Source: Patescibacteria group bacterium (GTDB lineage: Bacteria; Patescibacteriota; Patescibacteriia; SG8-24; DYFX01). Taken from it: a stretch of DNA of 64,000 nucleotides. The notes below the pieces were generated by a model, which made no database searches, was not told the origin of the DNA, and saw nothing but the letters and a program-made list of their open reading frames with translations. Position 1 is the stretch's first letter; every line of letters begins with the position of its first letter. The stretch lies in contig JBAZZB010000002.1 in NCBI GenBank assembly GCA_041659045.1, positions 85,427 to 149,426 on the forward strand, written 5' to 3'. Positions 39,601-49,242 of the stretch are shown here, piece after piece. A program made the translations under genes and the position numbers.

Positions 39601-40582
39601 GATCGTTCAGGTCGGAGGTCGCGAAGCGGCCGCCGTCGAGCGAAACCATCGGGCGAAGATCCGGCGGGATGATCGGGATAGCGGTCATGACCATCCACTC
39701 TGGGCGGATGTCGTTGCGATCGAGGTTGCGGAGCAACTTCACGCGGCGGACGAGTTTGTCCTTCTTCGCGCCAAAAGCGTCAATCAGTTCGGTTTCGAGC
39801 TGTTTGATCGTCTTCTTGAGATCGACGGCCTTGAGGAGGTCGTATACCGCTTCGGCGCCGATACCGGCTTCGAAGAGGTGACCAAACTTGAGCGACCACG
39901 TCTGATAGACGTGCTCGGAAACGATGCGCATCGGTTCGAGCTCTTTGAGCTCGCGCATGGTGTCGTTGTAGTCCTCTTCGAGCGAGGCCATCTTCGCCTC
40001 ATTGATCTCGAGAGCCTTCTTCAATTCCTTGTCGGAAGACTCTTTGGCACGGAGCTGTTCCATCTGGCGCTCAGCTTCGTTCTCGAGCATCTTGCGCTTG
40101 CCTTTGTACTCCTGCTTGAGCGCTTCGATCGTCTGGAGTTTGCCCTCCATGTCGACCTTCGTGATGATGAAGTTCGCGAAGTAGATGACCTTTTCCAAGT
40201 TCATCACGGACATGTCGAGTACGAGACCAATTTTGCCCGGGATCGAGCGGAGGAACCAGATGTGCGAAACAGGGCTCGAGAGATCGATGTGACCCATGCG
40301 CTCGCGGCGAACCAGCGAGTGCGTGACTTCCACGCCGCACTTTTCGCAGACGATGCCCTTGTAGCGCACTTTTTTGTACTTGCCGCAGTAGCACTCCCAG
40401 TCCTTGGAAGGACCGAAGATTTCTTCGGCAAAGAGACCGCCCTTTTCAGGCTTCTGGGTGCGGTAGTTGATGGTTTCCGGTTTCGTGACTTCGCCGTACG
40501 ACCATTCGTGGATCACTTCCGGAGAAGCAATCTTGAGGCGGATCGCGTCGAAGTCGATAACCTTGGCTTCTTGTCGCATCAT
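36671..40582 (-). CDS. rpoC: DNA-directed RNA polymerase subunit beta'
   Basis: 1303 aa; zinc-binding CxxC motifs near N-term, NADFDGDQM catalytic motif. Confidence 0.97.
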   Translation of the reverse strand: MMRQEAKVIDFDAIRLKIASPEVIHEWSYGEVTKPETINYRTQKPEKGGLFAEEIFGPSKDWECYCGKYKKVRYKGIVCEKCGVEVTHSLVRRERMGHIDLSSPVSHIWFLRSIPGKIGLVLDMSVMNLEKVIYFANFIITKVDMEGKLQTIEALKQEYKGKRKMLENEAERQMEQLRAKESSDKELKKALEINEAKMASLEEDYNDTMRELKELEPMRIVSEHVYQTWSLKFGHLFEAGIGAEAVYDLLKAVDLKKTIKQLETELIDAFGAKKDKLVRRVKLLRNLDRNDIRPEWMVMTAIPIIPPDLRPMVSLDGGRFATSDLNDLYRRVINRNNRLKRLQELNAPEVISRNEKRMLQEAVDALIDNSARQSKTVIATTGRKRQLKSLADQLKGKQGRFRQNLLGKRIDYSGRSVIVVGPRLKLSQCGLPKRMALELFKPFVIAQLIKHEFCHNIRSANRFIESGRSEIWDILEEITKKSYVMLNRAPTLHRLSIQAFQPTLIEGKAIQLHPMVCPAFNADFDGDQMAVHVPLTEEAKREAGELMLSSKNLLKPATGAPPAMLNKDIIWGIHYLSRFTDRGDGVVKAFASPSEVRLAYQTGNIKLNEKILCRVEKGEKPVETSQGRILLNSVLPEGLPRISEALDTKKSADLVRLCLEFHGAERAAALLDDFKELGFHYASRSGFSWGMDDLPTIKGKPDLLAEGEKRVEEIEEQYSEGLLTQHERYLQIIKVWTEIKDRITKLAKEQLPREGSVASMIESGARGSWSQLTQMVGIKGLVVNPRGDIIELPIKKGFKEGFDVLEFFISTHGARKGLTDTALRTANAGYLTRRLVDVAQDVVIHSEDCGTDVGMEITAEESKEMGETVAARTVGRTALQNVKHPETGKVIVKAGDIVTEANAREMVKLEIPTVHVRSVLTCKQRKGVCQKCYGYDLGYNKLVRMGTAVGIIAAQSIGEPGTQLTMRTFHTGGVAGSDITQGLPRVEELFEARPPKRKAFMADVAGIAKIQEVERRIIETASGERIVDALSGSKVVRISHTEEAEVKFKAMKGDEVAVKDGEKVAQGQSLINRQDGTKEWAPFGGVVKVVKTAITLVGEANKDTEYVIPPGYVLYVKDGQQVEPGDQLTEGDLDLQELYKYKGREAVQTYLTHETQKIYSSQGQKLNDKHIEVIIKQMFSRVYVKEAGDTELLPGETVERAVFEEENARAKALKKTPAEADELFLGITKVSLSTESFLSAASFQETAKVLINAAVSGKLDRLEGLKENVIIGRLIPAGTGFHKPGEAAISVDQIMSPSLDARS

Positions 40583-40606
40583 ATTGGTGTGGCTTTGCGT
40601 GATGCG

Positions 40607-43600
40607 TTAGAGGCTGCGATCGCCGCGGAAGGGCGAAGGCGGAGCGGCCAGGTCGTCAGAATCGAGATCGACTTTCTCGTACTGGCCATCTTCGCGCTCC
40701 TTGAGGAGTTCGACGTCGAGGGCAAGACCCTTAAGTTCGCGAACGAGGACGTTGAAGGATTCAGGGATGTTGAGCTTCTTGATCTGCTCGCCCTTGATGA
40801 TCGCTTCGTAGGCGCGGCTGCGGCCCGGGACGTCGTCGGACTTGATCGTGAGAATTTCCTGGAGCGAGTGCGCGGCGCCGTAGGCTTCGAGCGCCCAGAC
40901 TTCCATTTCACCGAAGCGCTGACCGCCGAATTGGGCTTTACCACCGAGCGGCTGCTGCGTGATGAGCGAGTACGGACCGATCGAACGCTGGTGGATCTTG
41001 TCTTCAACCATGTGGTTGAGCTTCAGCATGTACTTGTAACCGACCGTGACCTTGTGGTCGTAGGCGGCGCCGGTGCGGCCGTCGTACATGAACATCTGTC
41101 CATCTTCCGTGAAGCCAGCCTTCTTCAGCTCGCCCTTGATTTGGTCTTCGCTGATACCGCTGAACACCGGCGTAACAACGCGGTAGCTCAACGCGTTGGC
41201 TGCGAGACCCATGTGTGTCTCAAGGATTTGACCGAGGTTCATACGAGAAGCGACACCGAGCGGTGACAAGAGAATGTCGACCGGGGTTCCGTCTTCCATG
41301 AACGGCATGTCTTCAACCGGGACGATGCGCGAGATGACGCCCTTGTTACCGTGGCGGCCTGCCATCTTGTCACCGACCTGGATCTTGCGGAGGTCAGCGA
41401 TCGAAATCTGAATGGCCTGAATGACGCCCGGAGACAATTTGTCGCCAGCTTCGCGGGAGAAAACTTTGATGTCGATCACCTTGCCGCGTTCGCCGTGCTC
41501 GAGATAGAGCGAGGAGTCGCGCACGTCGCGGGCTTTTTCGCCGAAGATCGCACGGAGAAGTTTTTCTTCCGCCGAGAGTTCGGTTTCGCCCTTCGGCGTG
41601 ATCTTACCGACCAAGATGTCGCCGGAAGCGACTTCGGCGCCGATGCGGATGACGCCGTTCTCGTCGAGGTTGCGGAGTTTTTCTTCCGACACGTTCGGGA
41701 TGTCGGAGGTGACCATTTCAGGGCCGAGCTTCGTTTCGCGCACTTCGACCGTGTAGTTCTCGATGTGGATCGAGGTGTAACGATCGTTGTGCACCATGCG
41801 CTCGGAGAGGATGATGGCGTCTTCGTAGTTGTAACCTTCCCACGAAAGGAAAGCGACCAGCACGTTCTGACCGAGAGCGAGTTCGCCACCGTCCGTAGCC
41901 GGGCCGTCTGCAAGCGCGTCGCCCTTCTTGACCTTCTGGCCAGGAAGCACGATCGGGCGCTGGTTGATACAGGTGGAGTGGTTGGAGCGGACGAACTTGT
42001 TCAGCGCATAGGTCTTGCGCGTGCCGTCATCGCCCGTGAGTTCGATCGTGTCGCTCTGGATTTTCGTAATTTCTCCGTCGAAGTCGGCCAAAACAACGTG
42101 TCCGGAGTCGCGCGCGGAGCGCATTTCCATACCCGTGCCGACGATCGGCGCATCCGGCTTGATGCACGGAATAGCCTGGCGTTGCATGTTCGTACCCATG
42201 AGCGCGCGAACAGCGTCATCGTGCTCGAGGAACGGAATACAAGCGGTCGCGACCGAGATAATCTGGCGCGAGTTGACGTCCATGTATTCGATGTCGTCGC
42301 TCGAAACCGTGGCAGGTTCACCATGGCGGCGTCCCGGAACTTTTTCCTGCATGAAGTAGCCGTTCTCGTCGATCGGCGTCGTAGCAGCGGTCGTGATGAC
42401 CTTTTCTTCCTGGAAGGCGTTCAAATAGACGACTTCGTCGGTCACCTGCGTGCGGCCGTCCTTCTGCTTTGCGACTTTGCGGTACGGAGTTTCGATGAAG
42501 CCGTATTCGTTGATACGAGCGTACGTCGAAAGATGTCCGACCATACCGATGTTCGGTCCTTCCGGAGTGGCGATCGGACAGATACGGCCGTAGTGCGTGC
42601 GGTGCACGTCACGAACGTCGAAGCCGGCGCGCTCGCGAGAAAGTCCACCAGGACCCATCGCAGAGAGGCGGCGCTTATGCTCGAGTTCTGCGAGCGGGTT
42701 CGTCTGGTCCATGAACTGCGAAAGCTGCGAGCTCATGAAGAATTCGCGAATGACGCCGATGACCGGGCGAGCGTTGATCAGTTTGGAAGGCGTGAGCTGC
42801 GTGATATCCATCGTGGACATGCGGTCCTTGATGATGCGCTCCATACGCGCCAAACCGACGCGCAGACGGTTCTGCACGAGTTCGCCGACCGCGCGGACGC
42901 GGCGGTTACCGAGGTGGTCGACGTCGTCGGAATCTTCCTGGACGTTGTTCAAACGGATGATCTCGCGGACGATCATCACGATGTCTTCCTTCTTCAAGAT
43001 GCGGTGCTCCGGCTTTTCGATCTCATCCTTGGTGGAGTGGAGACCAAAACGCTGCGAGAACTTGTAACGACCGACGCGGTGAAGGTCGTAGCGATCGAAG
43101 TTGAAGAACATCGAGTGGATCAGCGAGCGAGCGTTGTCGGTCGTCGCCATGTCACCCGGGCGGATGCGCTTGTAAACTTCGCGCAAACCGTCTTCTTCGT
43201 TCTTGGCTTCGTCTTTTCCAAGAGTTGCTTTGATGTAGGTGTGGTTCGGATGCGTGTCGATGTCGGCAAAAAGGGCCGAGATCTCCTCGTCCGTCGCGTA
43301 ACCGAAAGCGCGCATGAGAGCCGTCACGGCCACGCGGCGCTTGCGATCAATTTTCACCCAGATGACGTCGTTGGCGTCCGTTTCCATTTCGAGCCAGGCG
43401 CCGCGGTTCGGGATGATCTTCGCGCCGAAGTATTTGCGACCGCGGTTCATCTCGTGCGTGAAGAACACACCGGCGGAACGAACGAGCTGTGAAACAACGA
43501 CACGCTCGATGCCGTTGATGATGTACGTACCGCGGTCAGTCATGACCGGGAAGTCGCCGAGGAAAATTTCCTGTTCGCGGACGTCGCCCGAGCGCTTGTT

Positions 43601-43897
43601 GACGAGTTTCGTCTTCACGCGCAGCGACGCTTCATACGTCAGGTTCTTCGCCATCGACGTTTTCTCGTCGAACTTGGGTTCGTCGAGATAGTAGTCCTGG
43701 AAATAGAGCTCGAGGTCGCGACCGATAAAGTCTTTGACCGGAGAGACCTCGTCGAAAAGTTCGCGGAGGCCTTCCTTAAAGAGCCACGAGTACGAATCTT
43801 TCTGTACCTCGATCAGGTCTGGGAGCTGGAACACTTCCTTCAGCTTGGAAAACGAGGTGCGTTCCCTCATCTTCGGCACGGTACGCGTGATCTGCAT
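40607..43897 (-). CDS. rpoB: DNA-directed RNA polymerase subunit beta
   Basis: ~1100 aa, rifampicin-cluster and catalytic motifs; start ambiguous (43870/43897/43963, none with clear SD). Confidence 0.95.
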   Translation of the reverse strand: MQITRTVPKMRERTSFSKLKEVFQLPDLIEVQKDSYSWLFKEGLRELFDEVSPVKDFIGRDLELYFQDYYLDEPKFDEKTSMAKNLTYEASLRVKTKLVNKRSGDVREQEIFLGDFPVMTDRGTYIINGIERVVVSQLVRSAGVFFTHEMNRGRKYFGAKIIPNRGAWLEMETDANDVIWVKIDRKRRVAVTALMRAFGYATDEEISALFADIDTHPNHTYIKATLGKDEAKNEEDGLREVYKRIRPGDMATTDNARSLIHSMFFNFDRYDLHRVGRYKFSQRFGLHSTKDEIEKPEHRILKKEDIVMIVREIIRLNNVQEDSDDVDHLGNRRVRAVGELVQNRLRVGLARMERIIKDRMSTMDITQLTPSKLINARPVIGVIREFFMSSQLSQFMDQTNPLAELEHKRRLSAMGPGGLSRERAGFDVRDVHRTHYGRICPIATPEGPNIGMVGHLSTYARINEYGFIETPYRKVAKQKDGRTQVTDEVVYLNAFQEEKVITTAATTPIDENGYFMQEKVPGRRHGEPATVSSDDIEYMDVNSRQIISVATACIPFLEHDDAVRALMGTNMQRQAIPCIKPDAPIVGTGMEMRSARDSGHVVLADFDGEITKIQSDTIELTGDDGTRKTYALNKFVRSNHSTCINQRPIVLPGQKVKKGDALADGPATDGGELALGQNVLVAFLSWEGYNYEDAIILSERMVHNDRYTSIHIENYTVEVRETKLGPEMVTSDIPNVSEEKLRNLDENGVIRIGAEVASGDILVGKITPKGETELSAEEKLLRAIFGEKARDVRDSSLYLEHGERGKVIDIKVFSREAGDKLSPGVIQAIQISIADLRKIQVGDKMAGRHGNKGVISRIVPVEDMPFMEDGTPVDILLSPLGVASRMNLGQILETHMGLAANALSYRVVTPVFSGISEDQIKGELKKAGFTEDGQMFMYDGRTGAAYDHKVTVGYKYMLKLNHMVEDKIHQRSIGPYSLITQQPLGGKAQFGGQRFGEMEVWALEAYGAAHSLQEILTIKSDDVPGRSRAYEAIIKGEQIKKLNIPESFNVLVRELKGLALDVELLKEREDGQYEKVDLDSDDLAAPPSPFRGDRSL

Positions 43898-44270
43898 ACG
43901 CAACGGGTGGAGTGAAGGTTTTTCTGCAACGACAGAAAAACCAGGGGTGAGTAAATACCCCACTCCGGGCCTCTATCAGACAGTTCAGCCAGAGGTCGGA
44001 CAGTGGCGATCGCCACCGCGGTCTTTTTTTCGCGTTTTACCCTAAAAAACAACAACTCGCCCTTCCGCAGGGAGAGTGCGTTTTAGCTGTGGTAAACGGA
44101 GCGGAAAACCACGATATTGAATTCTGCACAAGACTATCATGCGAGTTATCCCCTGTCAAGAAAAAACTGGCGAACGTGTCAAGGGGATAGAAATTATGAT
44201 GCTTTGCCAGTTCAAACAAACAGTTTTTAAGGCTATTTTTAGGAAAATAATGCCACGTCTGCCAAAACAT

Positions 44271-44299
44271 ATTGACAAATTTCGGTGGATATGCTAGAG
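44271..44299 (+). promoter_or_regulatory. Sigma70-type promoter TTGACA-17-TAGAGT
   Basis: Reads ...CATATTGACAAATTTCGGTGGATATGCTAGAGTATCC...; ~520 nt upstream of the 44820 ATG. Confidence 0.5.
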
Positions 44300-44819
44300 T
44301 ATCCGGTCAGAAAGATCCTTCTCCCGAAAGACATGGTGGGTTCGTCCCGATGTCGGCTTCGGCCGTCATACAGGACACAGACGCTTCCTTGCGTGCTTTT
44401 CCGGCTTCGGCTGGAAAAGCTCATGAGGCACGGCTGCGGAACGCGACGCTTCGGCGTACTGCGAACCATAACCCTCCAGTTCTTTCGAGGGAAGATCGCC
44501 GCCCTTTCCACGGTTGACTTGGAGGAGTGCTATCCCGGAAGGCCCTCAAAAAGCCGGAAAGGACGAGTTCACCTTCGCAGGAAGTTTCCGGCTTCGGCTG
44601 GAACCCTCCTCCGAGCGAGCTCGCAAGGTGTACCGCCTCGGCGGTTTGCACCAACCAACGCCTCCAAATCAACCGTGGAAACTCAGGTCGGCTCAATGGT
44701 GAGCCGACCTGTTGCGTCTACGGCGATACTGACTGCGTGACACCCGTTGCGTAGTCCCCCGAACCCTTGAGGGACAAAACCTCAAAGCTGCCGACATTCA
44801 AGTCGGCGAGGAGCGTCAG
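44300..44819 (+). ncRNA. Candidate structured leader / non-coding RNA (unclassified)
   Basis: No protein-like ORF; >=5 tetraloop hairpins (CGGC-UUCG-GCCG 44352; UUUCCGGC-UUCG-GCUGGAAA at 44398 and 44585; ACGC-UUCG-GCGU 44448; ACCGC-CUCG-GCGGU ~44628); identical 18-mer TTCCGGCTTCGGCTGGAA twice; perfect 11-bp hairpin 44685-44710. Confidence 0.35.
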
Positions 44820-46082
44820 ATGACCAAGTCGAAGAACGAGAACCAGTCCCCCACGAGCCAAGCCGGTGCGACGGTGATGCTCAAGCCCATCGTCCCCAGG
44901 ACCCTGCAGTTGCGGGGCCACGACGGCTGGCCGTACACCGCGCTGAAGATCTTCTTCTACCGCGAGAACAACTGCACCAACGGCAAGCGGTGCATGAAGG
45001 AGAGCTGCGACGACTGCCAGCTCTACCGCGTCGGCCTGGCCGACTACCACAAGCCCAGCCGGAACTGGGACGCGTGGAAGCACTACGAGTTCCGGGCGGT
45101 CGACACCCGCGAGTTGCTCGAGTCGAGCGGCTTGTTCACCAGCAAGCAGTACTTCCCGAGCGTGATCCAGGGTCGTGAGACCCGCACGAAGGTCATCTTG
45201 GTCCTCCAGGACCAGCGGGATGGCCAGATGCAGTTCACCATGCACTGCGAGGAGGTCGACAACCAGGCGGTGTCGATGCGGATCACGAAGTGGCTCCCGT
45301 TCGAGGAGACCAAGCGTGAGGCGTACTCGCTGGACCTCTCCCGAGTGATCTACAACCACGCCCGCAAGGCGGAGGAGGTCGGTCACCGCGGGACCAACGA
45401 CGCCGTGCGCAACCTGATCGACAGCCTCTACTGGCTGACGGAGGTCGACACGCTCGTCTACGAGGAGATCGACGAGAAGGCGCCGGAGGACGCGGAGCGG
45501 AAGTCCCGGAAGGTGAAGATCCCCCGGGATCCCAAGGAGATGACGGCGCTCACGAGCGTCGTCAACGAGCTCCTCGGAGCCCTCACGGAGATCGACTCCA
45601 TCGACGGGCTGGTGCCGCGGAAGAAGTACCTGGACGGTATCGCTGATACCCTCCAGGGCTTCCGCAAGGAGCTCCGGAGCATGCGCAAGGCGCCGGCTCC
45701 GGGCCCCGGACAGAAGGCCAGGAACCGGGAGGTGAACGGTCTCGCCGAGGACCTCGTCCGCAGCCTCGGGATCAACCCCGAAGCCGTGGACGAGCCCGAG
45801 AGCTCGACCGAGGCGGAGGCTCCCAAGCCCACCGCACCGCCGCCCGCGCCCAAGACCGGCAAGAAGTCCTTCAAGGACATCAAGAAGCCGGTGGGTGAGG
45901 AGCGTCCGCGCACGCTCCGCGACCAGCTGCAGCCGCTGGTTCAGCCGGTGATCCCCACGGAGCCCGTCGCACTCGCGACGCAGCTCGAGGAGACCGCCCC
46001 GGCGCCGACCCCCACCGTGGAGGCCGCCGTCGTCGAACCGATCGTGCCCGTGGCTGACCCCGTGGTCACCCCCGAGAACTGA
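44820..46082 (+). CDS. Hypothetical protein with N-terminal Cys cluster (C-x4-C-x4-C-x2-C) and Pro/Ala/Glu-rich C-terminal tail
   Basis: 420 aa, GAGGAG-6nt-ATG; CTNGKRCMKESCDDCQLY; high GC3; no recognisable catalytic motif. Confidence 0.55.
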   Translation: MTKSKNENQSPTSQAGATVMLKPIVPRTLQLRGHDGWPYTALKIFFYRENNCTNGKRCMKESCDDCQLYRVGLADYHKPSRNWDAWKHYEFRAVDTRELLESSGLFTSKQYFPSVIQGRETRTKVILVLQDQRDGQMQFTMHCEEVDNQAVSMRITKWLPFEETKREAYSLDLSRVIYNHARKAEEVGHRGTNDAVRNLIDSLYWLTEVDTLVYEEIDEKAPEDAERKSRKVKIPRDPKEMTALTSVVNELLGALTEIDSIDGLVPRKKYLDGIADTLQGFRKELRSMRKAPAPGPGQKARNREVNGLAEDLVRSLGINPEAVDEPESSTEAEAPKPTAPPPAPKTGKKSFKDIKKPVGEERPRTLRDQLQPLVQPVIPTEPVALATQLEETAPAPTPTVEAAVVEPIVPVADPVVTPEN

Positions 46083-46105
46083 TCGGACTCAGTCGGAATC
46101 AAAAG

Positions 46106-46135
46106 CGCCGTCCACATCTCTTGTGGGCGGCGTTT
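46106..46135 (+). terminator. Intrinsic terminator
   Basis: CGCCGTCCACA-tctct-TGTGGGCGGCG then TTTGTACATTT. Confidence 0.5.
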
Positions 46136-46201
46136 GTACATTTCGTGGGTTTTTTTGTTTTCGCGCAGCTGGTACAATACGCCTGTAAAAATACAGGCTT
46201 C

Positions 46202-48403
46202 ATGTCACAAAAAACACGGAAGAACAGCAACGGCAAGAAAGAGAAGTCCCAGGAAAAAGAACCGCGCCTAGAAGCGCTGGAGCTGAGCGATGACACCAAG
46301 CGCGGACTCGTAACGATCTTCCTTTTGATCGTGGCGATTCTTTTTACCCTCTCGGCTTTCGGCTTGGCGGGCATCATCGGTCAGTATTTGAACGGATTCA
46401 ATCACAAACTGCTCGGCAAACTTTACTTCTTATTGCCGGTTTTTTTGTTGTTCATTGCCACCGGACGTCTTCGCAGCACCTGGAAAACGTTCGACGCGGC
46501 CGGAAAACTGGGCGCCGGACTCTTCATCCTGATGCTCGGAGGCTTCATCCATCTCATGATGGCGCGCCCGGACGGCATCGTTTTCGGAAAGGAACTCGAA
46601 GCGGGCGGCGGCTACCTCGGTATGCTCATCAGCTATCTCTTGGAGCAAGGACTCGGTTTCTGGGGCGCAACCATTGTTTTGACAGGCGGCATGCTGGCGT
46701 CCATTCTTCTCGTCTTCAAAACTTCGCTTGAACGTTTGGTCTTCCCTCATCAAGCCTTCCTTTCGTTCCTGAAAAAGAAACCCGAAGACAACGGCGGCAC
46801 GATTGGCGCGAGCCCGATGCCGCAGCAGGAAGCCAAGCCGTCGTTTGAATCGAAAGAGATGAAAGACGAGGGCGGCGAGATTATGCCGACCCCCATCATG
46901 GCGGAAGAGCACGTCGAAAGCGGTCTCAAGAAAAAAGTGTGGCGCAAAGTCACGCTGCCGCTTGATCTTCTCAACAACAAGTCGATGAAGCCGACGTCGG
47001 GTGACATCGGGCGCAACCAGCACATCATCCAGAAGACGCTGGAGAATTTTGGCGTTCCATCGGAAATGGGCGAAGTGTCGGTCGGTCCGACGGTCACGCA
47101 GTTCACACTCAAACCGCATGACGGCATCAAGCTCAATCGCATCACGGCGCTCAACAACGACTTAGCCTTGGCACTCGCCGCGCACCCGATTCGTATCGAA
47201 GCGCCGATCCCGGGCAAGTCGCTCGTCGGCATTGAAGTACCGAACCAGGCGGTCGCGATCGTGAACCTCCGTGAGGTTTTGGAGTCGCAAGAGTTCCGTT
47301 CTTCGAGTGCTTCGCTACGCGTCGCGCTCGGCAAGGACGTTGCGGGTAAACCGTGGCTCGCGGACCTCGCCAAGATGCCGCACATGCTCGTTGCCGGTTC
47401 GACCGGTTCCGGTAAAACCGTTTGCTTGAACTCGATTATCGTTTCGCTTCTCTACAGCCACGGTCCAGACGAGCTTCGTTTCATCATGGTCGACCCGAAG
47501 CGTGTCGAGCTCACCGCTTACAACAACATTCCGCACCTGCTCGTGCCGGCTATCACCGACGTCGCAAAAACGCTCAATGCGCTCAAGTGGACGATCGGCG
47601 AAATGGACCGCCGCTTCACGCAGCTCGCTCGCTACGGTAAACGCGATATCGGTTCTTACAACGAAGCAGCGGAAGAAAAGATGCCGTATCTCGTCGTTGT
47701 CATCGACGAGCTCGCCGACTTGATGGTTTCTGGTTCTGGAAAAGACGTCGAAACCTGCATCATCCGCTTGGCACAGATGGCGCGTGCCGTTGGTATTCAC
47801 TTGATCCTCGCCACACAGCGTCCGTCAGTCGACGTCATCACGGGTCTTATTAAAGCGAACTTCAACGCACGTATCGCTTTTGCCGTCGCCTCCGGCACCG
47901 ACTCGCGTACGATTCTCGATTCGCTCGGCGCGGAAAAACTTGTTGGCCGCGGCGACATGCTTTTCACTTCGGCTGAGCTTTCGAAGCCAAAGCGTCTTCA
48001 AGGCACGTACATCTCCGACACGGAGATCAAAAAAGTCACGGACTTCATCAAGAGCAACTTCGACGCGCCGGACTATCAGCATGAAATTGTCGATCGCCTC
48101 GGCAATACGTCAAACGGAGTTACGTTCAACGACAACGGCGGCAGCGATGAACCGCTTCTCCAAGAAGCCCAAGACATCGTCGTGCGTGCCGGCAAGGCTT
48201 CAGCTTCGTTCCTCCAGCGCCGCATGAAGATTGGCTACGCTCGTGCCGCTCGCATTCTTGATTTACTTGAAGAGAAAGGCGTGATCGGCCCTGGTGACGG
48301 CGCCAAACCGCGCGACATTCTGATGGCCCGCCCCGCAGGACTTGAAATCGAGCCCGACGACGAACATCTTGATGGCGAAAATCCGGACGAGGGTGTAGTG
48401 TAG
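46202..48403 (+). CDS. ftsK: DNA translocase FtsK/SpoIIIE
   Basis: Start MSQKTRKN (46202) downstream of extended -10 TGGTACAAT; 4-5 TM N-terminus, Walker A GSTGSGKT, Walker B VVVIDELADL, C-terminal winged-helix gamma domain. Confidence 0.9.
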   Translation: MSQKTRKNSNGKKEKSQEKEPRLEALELSDDTKRGLVTIFLLIVAILFTLSAFGLAGIIGQYLNGFNHKLLGKLYFLLPVFLLFIATGRLRSTWKTFDAAGKLGAGLFILMLGGFIHLMMARPDGIVFGKELEAGGGYLGMLISYLLEQGLGFWGATIVLTGGMLASILLVFKTSLERLVFPHQAFLSFLKKKPEDNGGTIGASPMPQQEAKPSFESKEMKDEGGEIMPTPIMAEEHVESGLKKKVWRKVTLPLDLLNNKSMKPTSGDIGRNQHIIQKTLENFGVPSEMGEVSVGPTVTQFTLKPHDGIKLNRITALNNDLALALAAHPIRIEAPIPGKSLVGIEVPNQAVAIVNLREVLESQEFRSSSASLRVALGKDVAGKPWLADLAKMPHMLVAGSTGSGKTVCLNSIIVSLLYSHGPDELRFIMVDPKRVELTAYNNIPHLLVPAITDVAKTLNALKWTIGEMDRRFTQLARYGKRDIGSYNEAAEEKMPYLVVVIDELADLMVSGSGKDVETCIIRLAQMARAVGIHLILATQRPSVDVITGLIKANFNARIAFAVASGTDSRTILDSLGAEKLVGRGDMLFTSAELSKPKRLQGTYISDTEIKKVTDFIKSNFDAPDYQHEIVDRLGNTSNGVTFNDNGGSDEPLLQEAQDIVVRAGKASASFLQRRMKIGYARAARILDLLEEKGVIGPGDGAKPRDILMARPAGLEIEPDDEHLDGENPDEGVV

Positions 48404-48410
48404 CGAGACT

Positions 48411-49118
48411 ATGGTTGCATTTCAGGAAAAGGAGCTCGACGATCGCACGATCGGCGACATCCTTCGCGACGCCCGCCAAGAACGCAACGAATCAATCGAA
48501 GAAGTCGAGCGCGCAACGCATGTCGGCAAGAAATATATTGCCGCGCTCGAGGGCAACGATCTGAAAAAATTGCCTGAAGCCGTCTACACGAAAAAATTCG
48601 TGAAGGCGCTCGCTTCGCATTATGGAATCGACCCTGATTCCGCTGCCGAAAGCTTGCTCAAAGAAATGGCTGCGGGCACCGGCACCATGACAACGCGACA
48701 CCCGATCAACTTTGTCGCCGGGCGTTCGTTGGTCTCTTCCCCTATTCTGTTCAAGTCCGTAGCGATGGCGCTCGTCTTTGTCGGAATCCTAGGATACTTC
48801 GCCTTCTCCGTGCGTAGTATTTTGAAACCGCCGAGCGTGACGCTCTACTCACCACACGACGACCAAGTCTTCCCGACCGGGCGCGTCGTGCTCGAAGGCG
48901 TGACCGAGCGTGAGGTGGACCTCGCTGTGAACGGCGAACCCGTCTCAATCGAAGCTGACGGCTCTTTCAAAGATGTCCTCAACCTTCCACCTGGTGTCTC
49001 GACCTTGCGTCTTATCGCCAAGAAAAAGCACTCGCGCGAGAACGAAATCTTTATCAAAGTCGTGATTGATGAGCCAAAAGAGACCGGAAGCGCGAGCAGC
49101 ACGGAGGCTACACCCTAA
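48411..49118 (+). CDS. rodZ: RodZ-like cytoskeleton protein (XRE HTH + TM + C-terminal domain)
   Basis: N-terminal IGDILRDARQERNESIEEVERATHVGKKYIAALEGNDLKKLP RodZ-type HTH; single TM SPILFKSVAMALVFVGILGYFAF. Confidence 0.6.
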   Translation: MVAFQEKELDDRTIGDILRDARQERNESIEEVERATHVGKKYIAALEGNDLKKLPEAVYTKKFVKALASHYGIDPDSAAESLLKEMAAGTGTMTTRHPINFVAGRSLVSSPILFKSVAMALVFVGILGYFAFSVRSILKPPSVTLYSPHDDQVFPTGRVVLEGVTEREVDLAVNGEPVSIEADGSFKDVLNLPPGVSTLRLIAKKKHSRENEIFIKVVIDEPKETGSASSTEATP

Positions 49119-49128
49119 GATATCCCCA

Positions 49129-49158
49129 GGCGAGCAGTTGCACTGTTCGCCTTTTGTT
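49129..49158 (+). terminator. Intrinsic terminator
   Basis: GGCGAGCAG-ttgca-CTGTTCGCC-TTTTGTT. Confidence 0.5.
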
Positions 49159-49242
49159 CATCTACAATGTTGACATCGCGTTTCTGGATATGAAAGGACG
49201 CAACGCGTAAGATGTCTAAGCATTCATTTCTAACGCGCACGT

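Noticed and set aside
37463-43492. Very long + strand ORFs (1267 aa and 713 aa) antisense to rpoC/rpoB
   Set aside because: Low-complexity, Arg/Asp/Ala-rich translations typical of the reverse strand of GC-rich genes; rpoB/rpoC on the minus strand have unmistakable conserved motifs.
43997-44030. GTGGCGATCGCCAC palindrome plus T8 as a + strand terminator
   Set aside because: No + strand gene upstream to terminate; stem has only a 4-nt loop and the T-run is 5 nt away; more likely part of the rpoB leader/promoter region.
44300-44819. Possibility that the structured region is RNase P RNA, tmRNA, SRP RNA or a CRISPR array
   Set aside because: No GGAAAGUCCGG/ACAGAACCCGGCUUA-type P4 elements, no tRNA-like 3' end or tag ORF, no SRP domain IV motif; the repeated 18-mer occurs only twice with a 187-bp gap, so not a CRISPR array.
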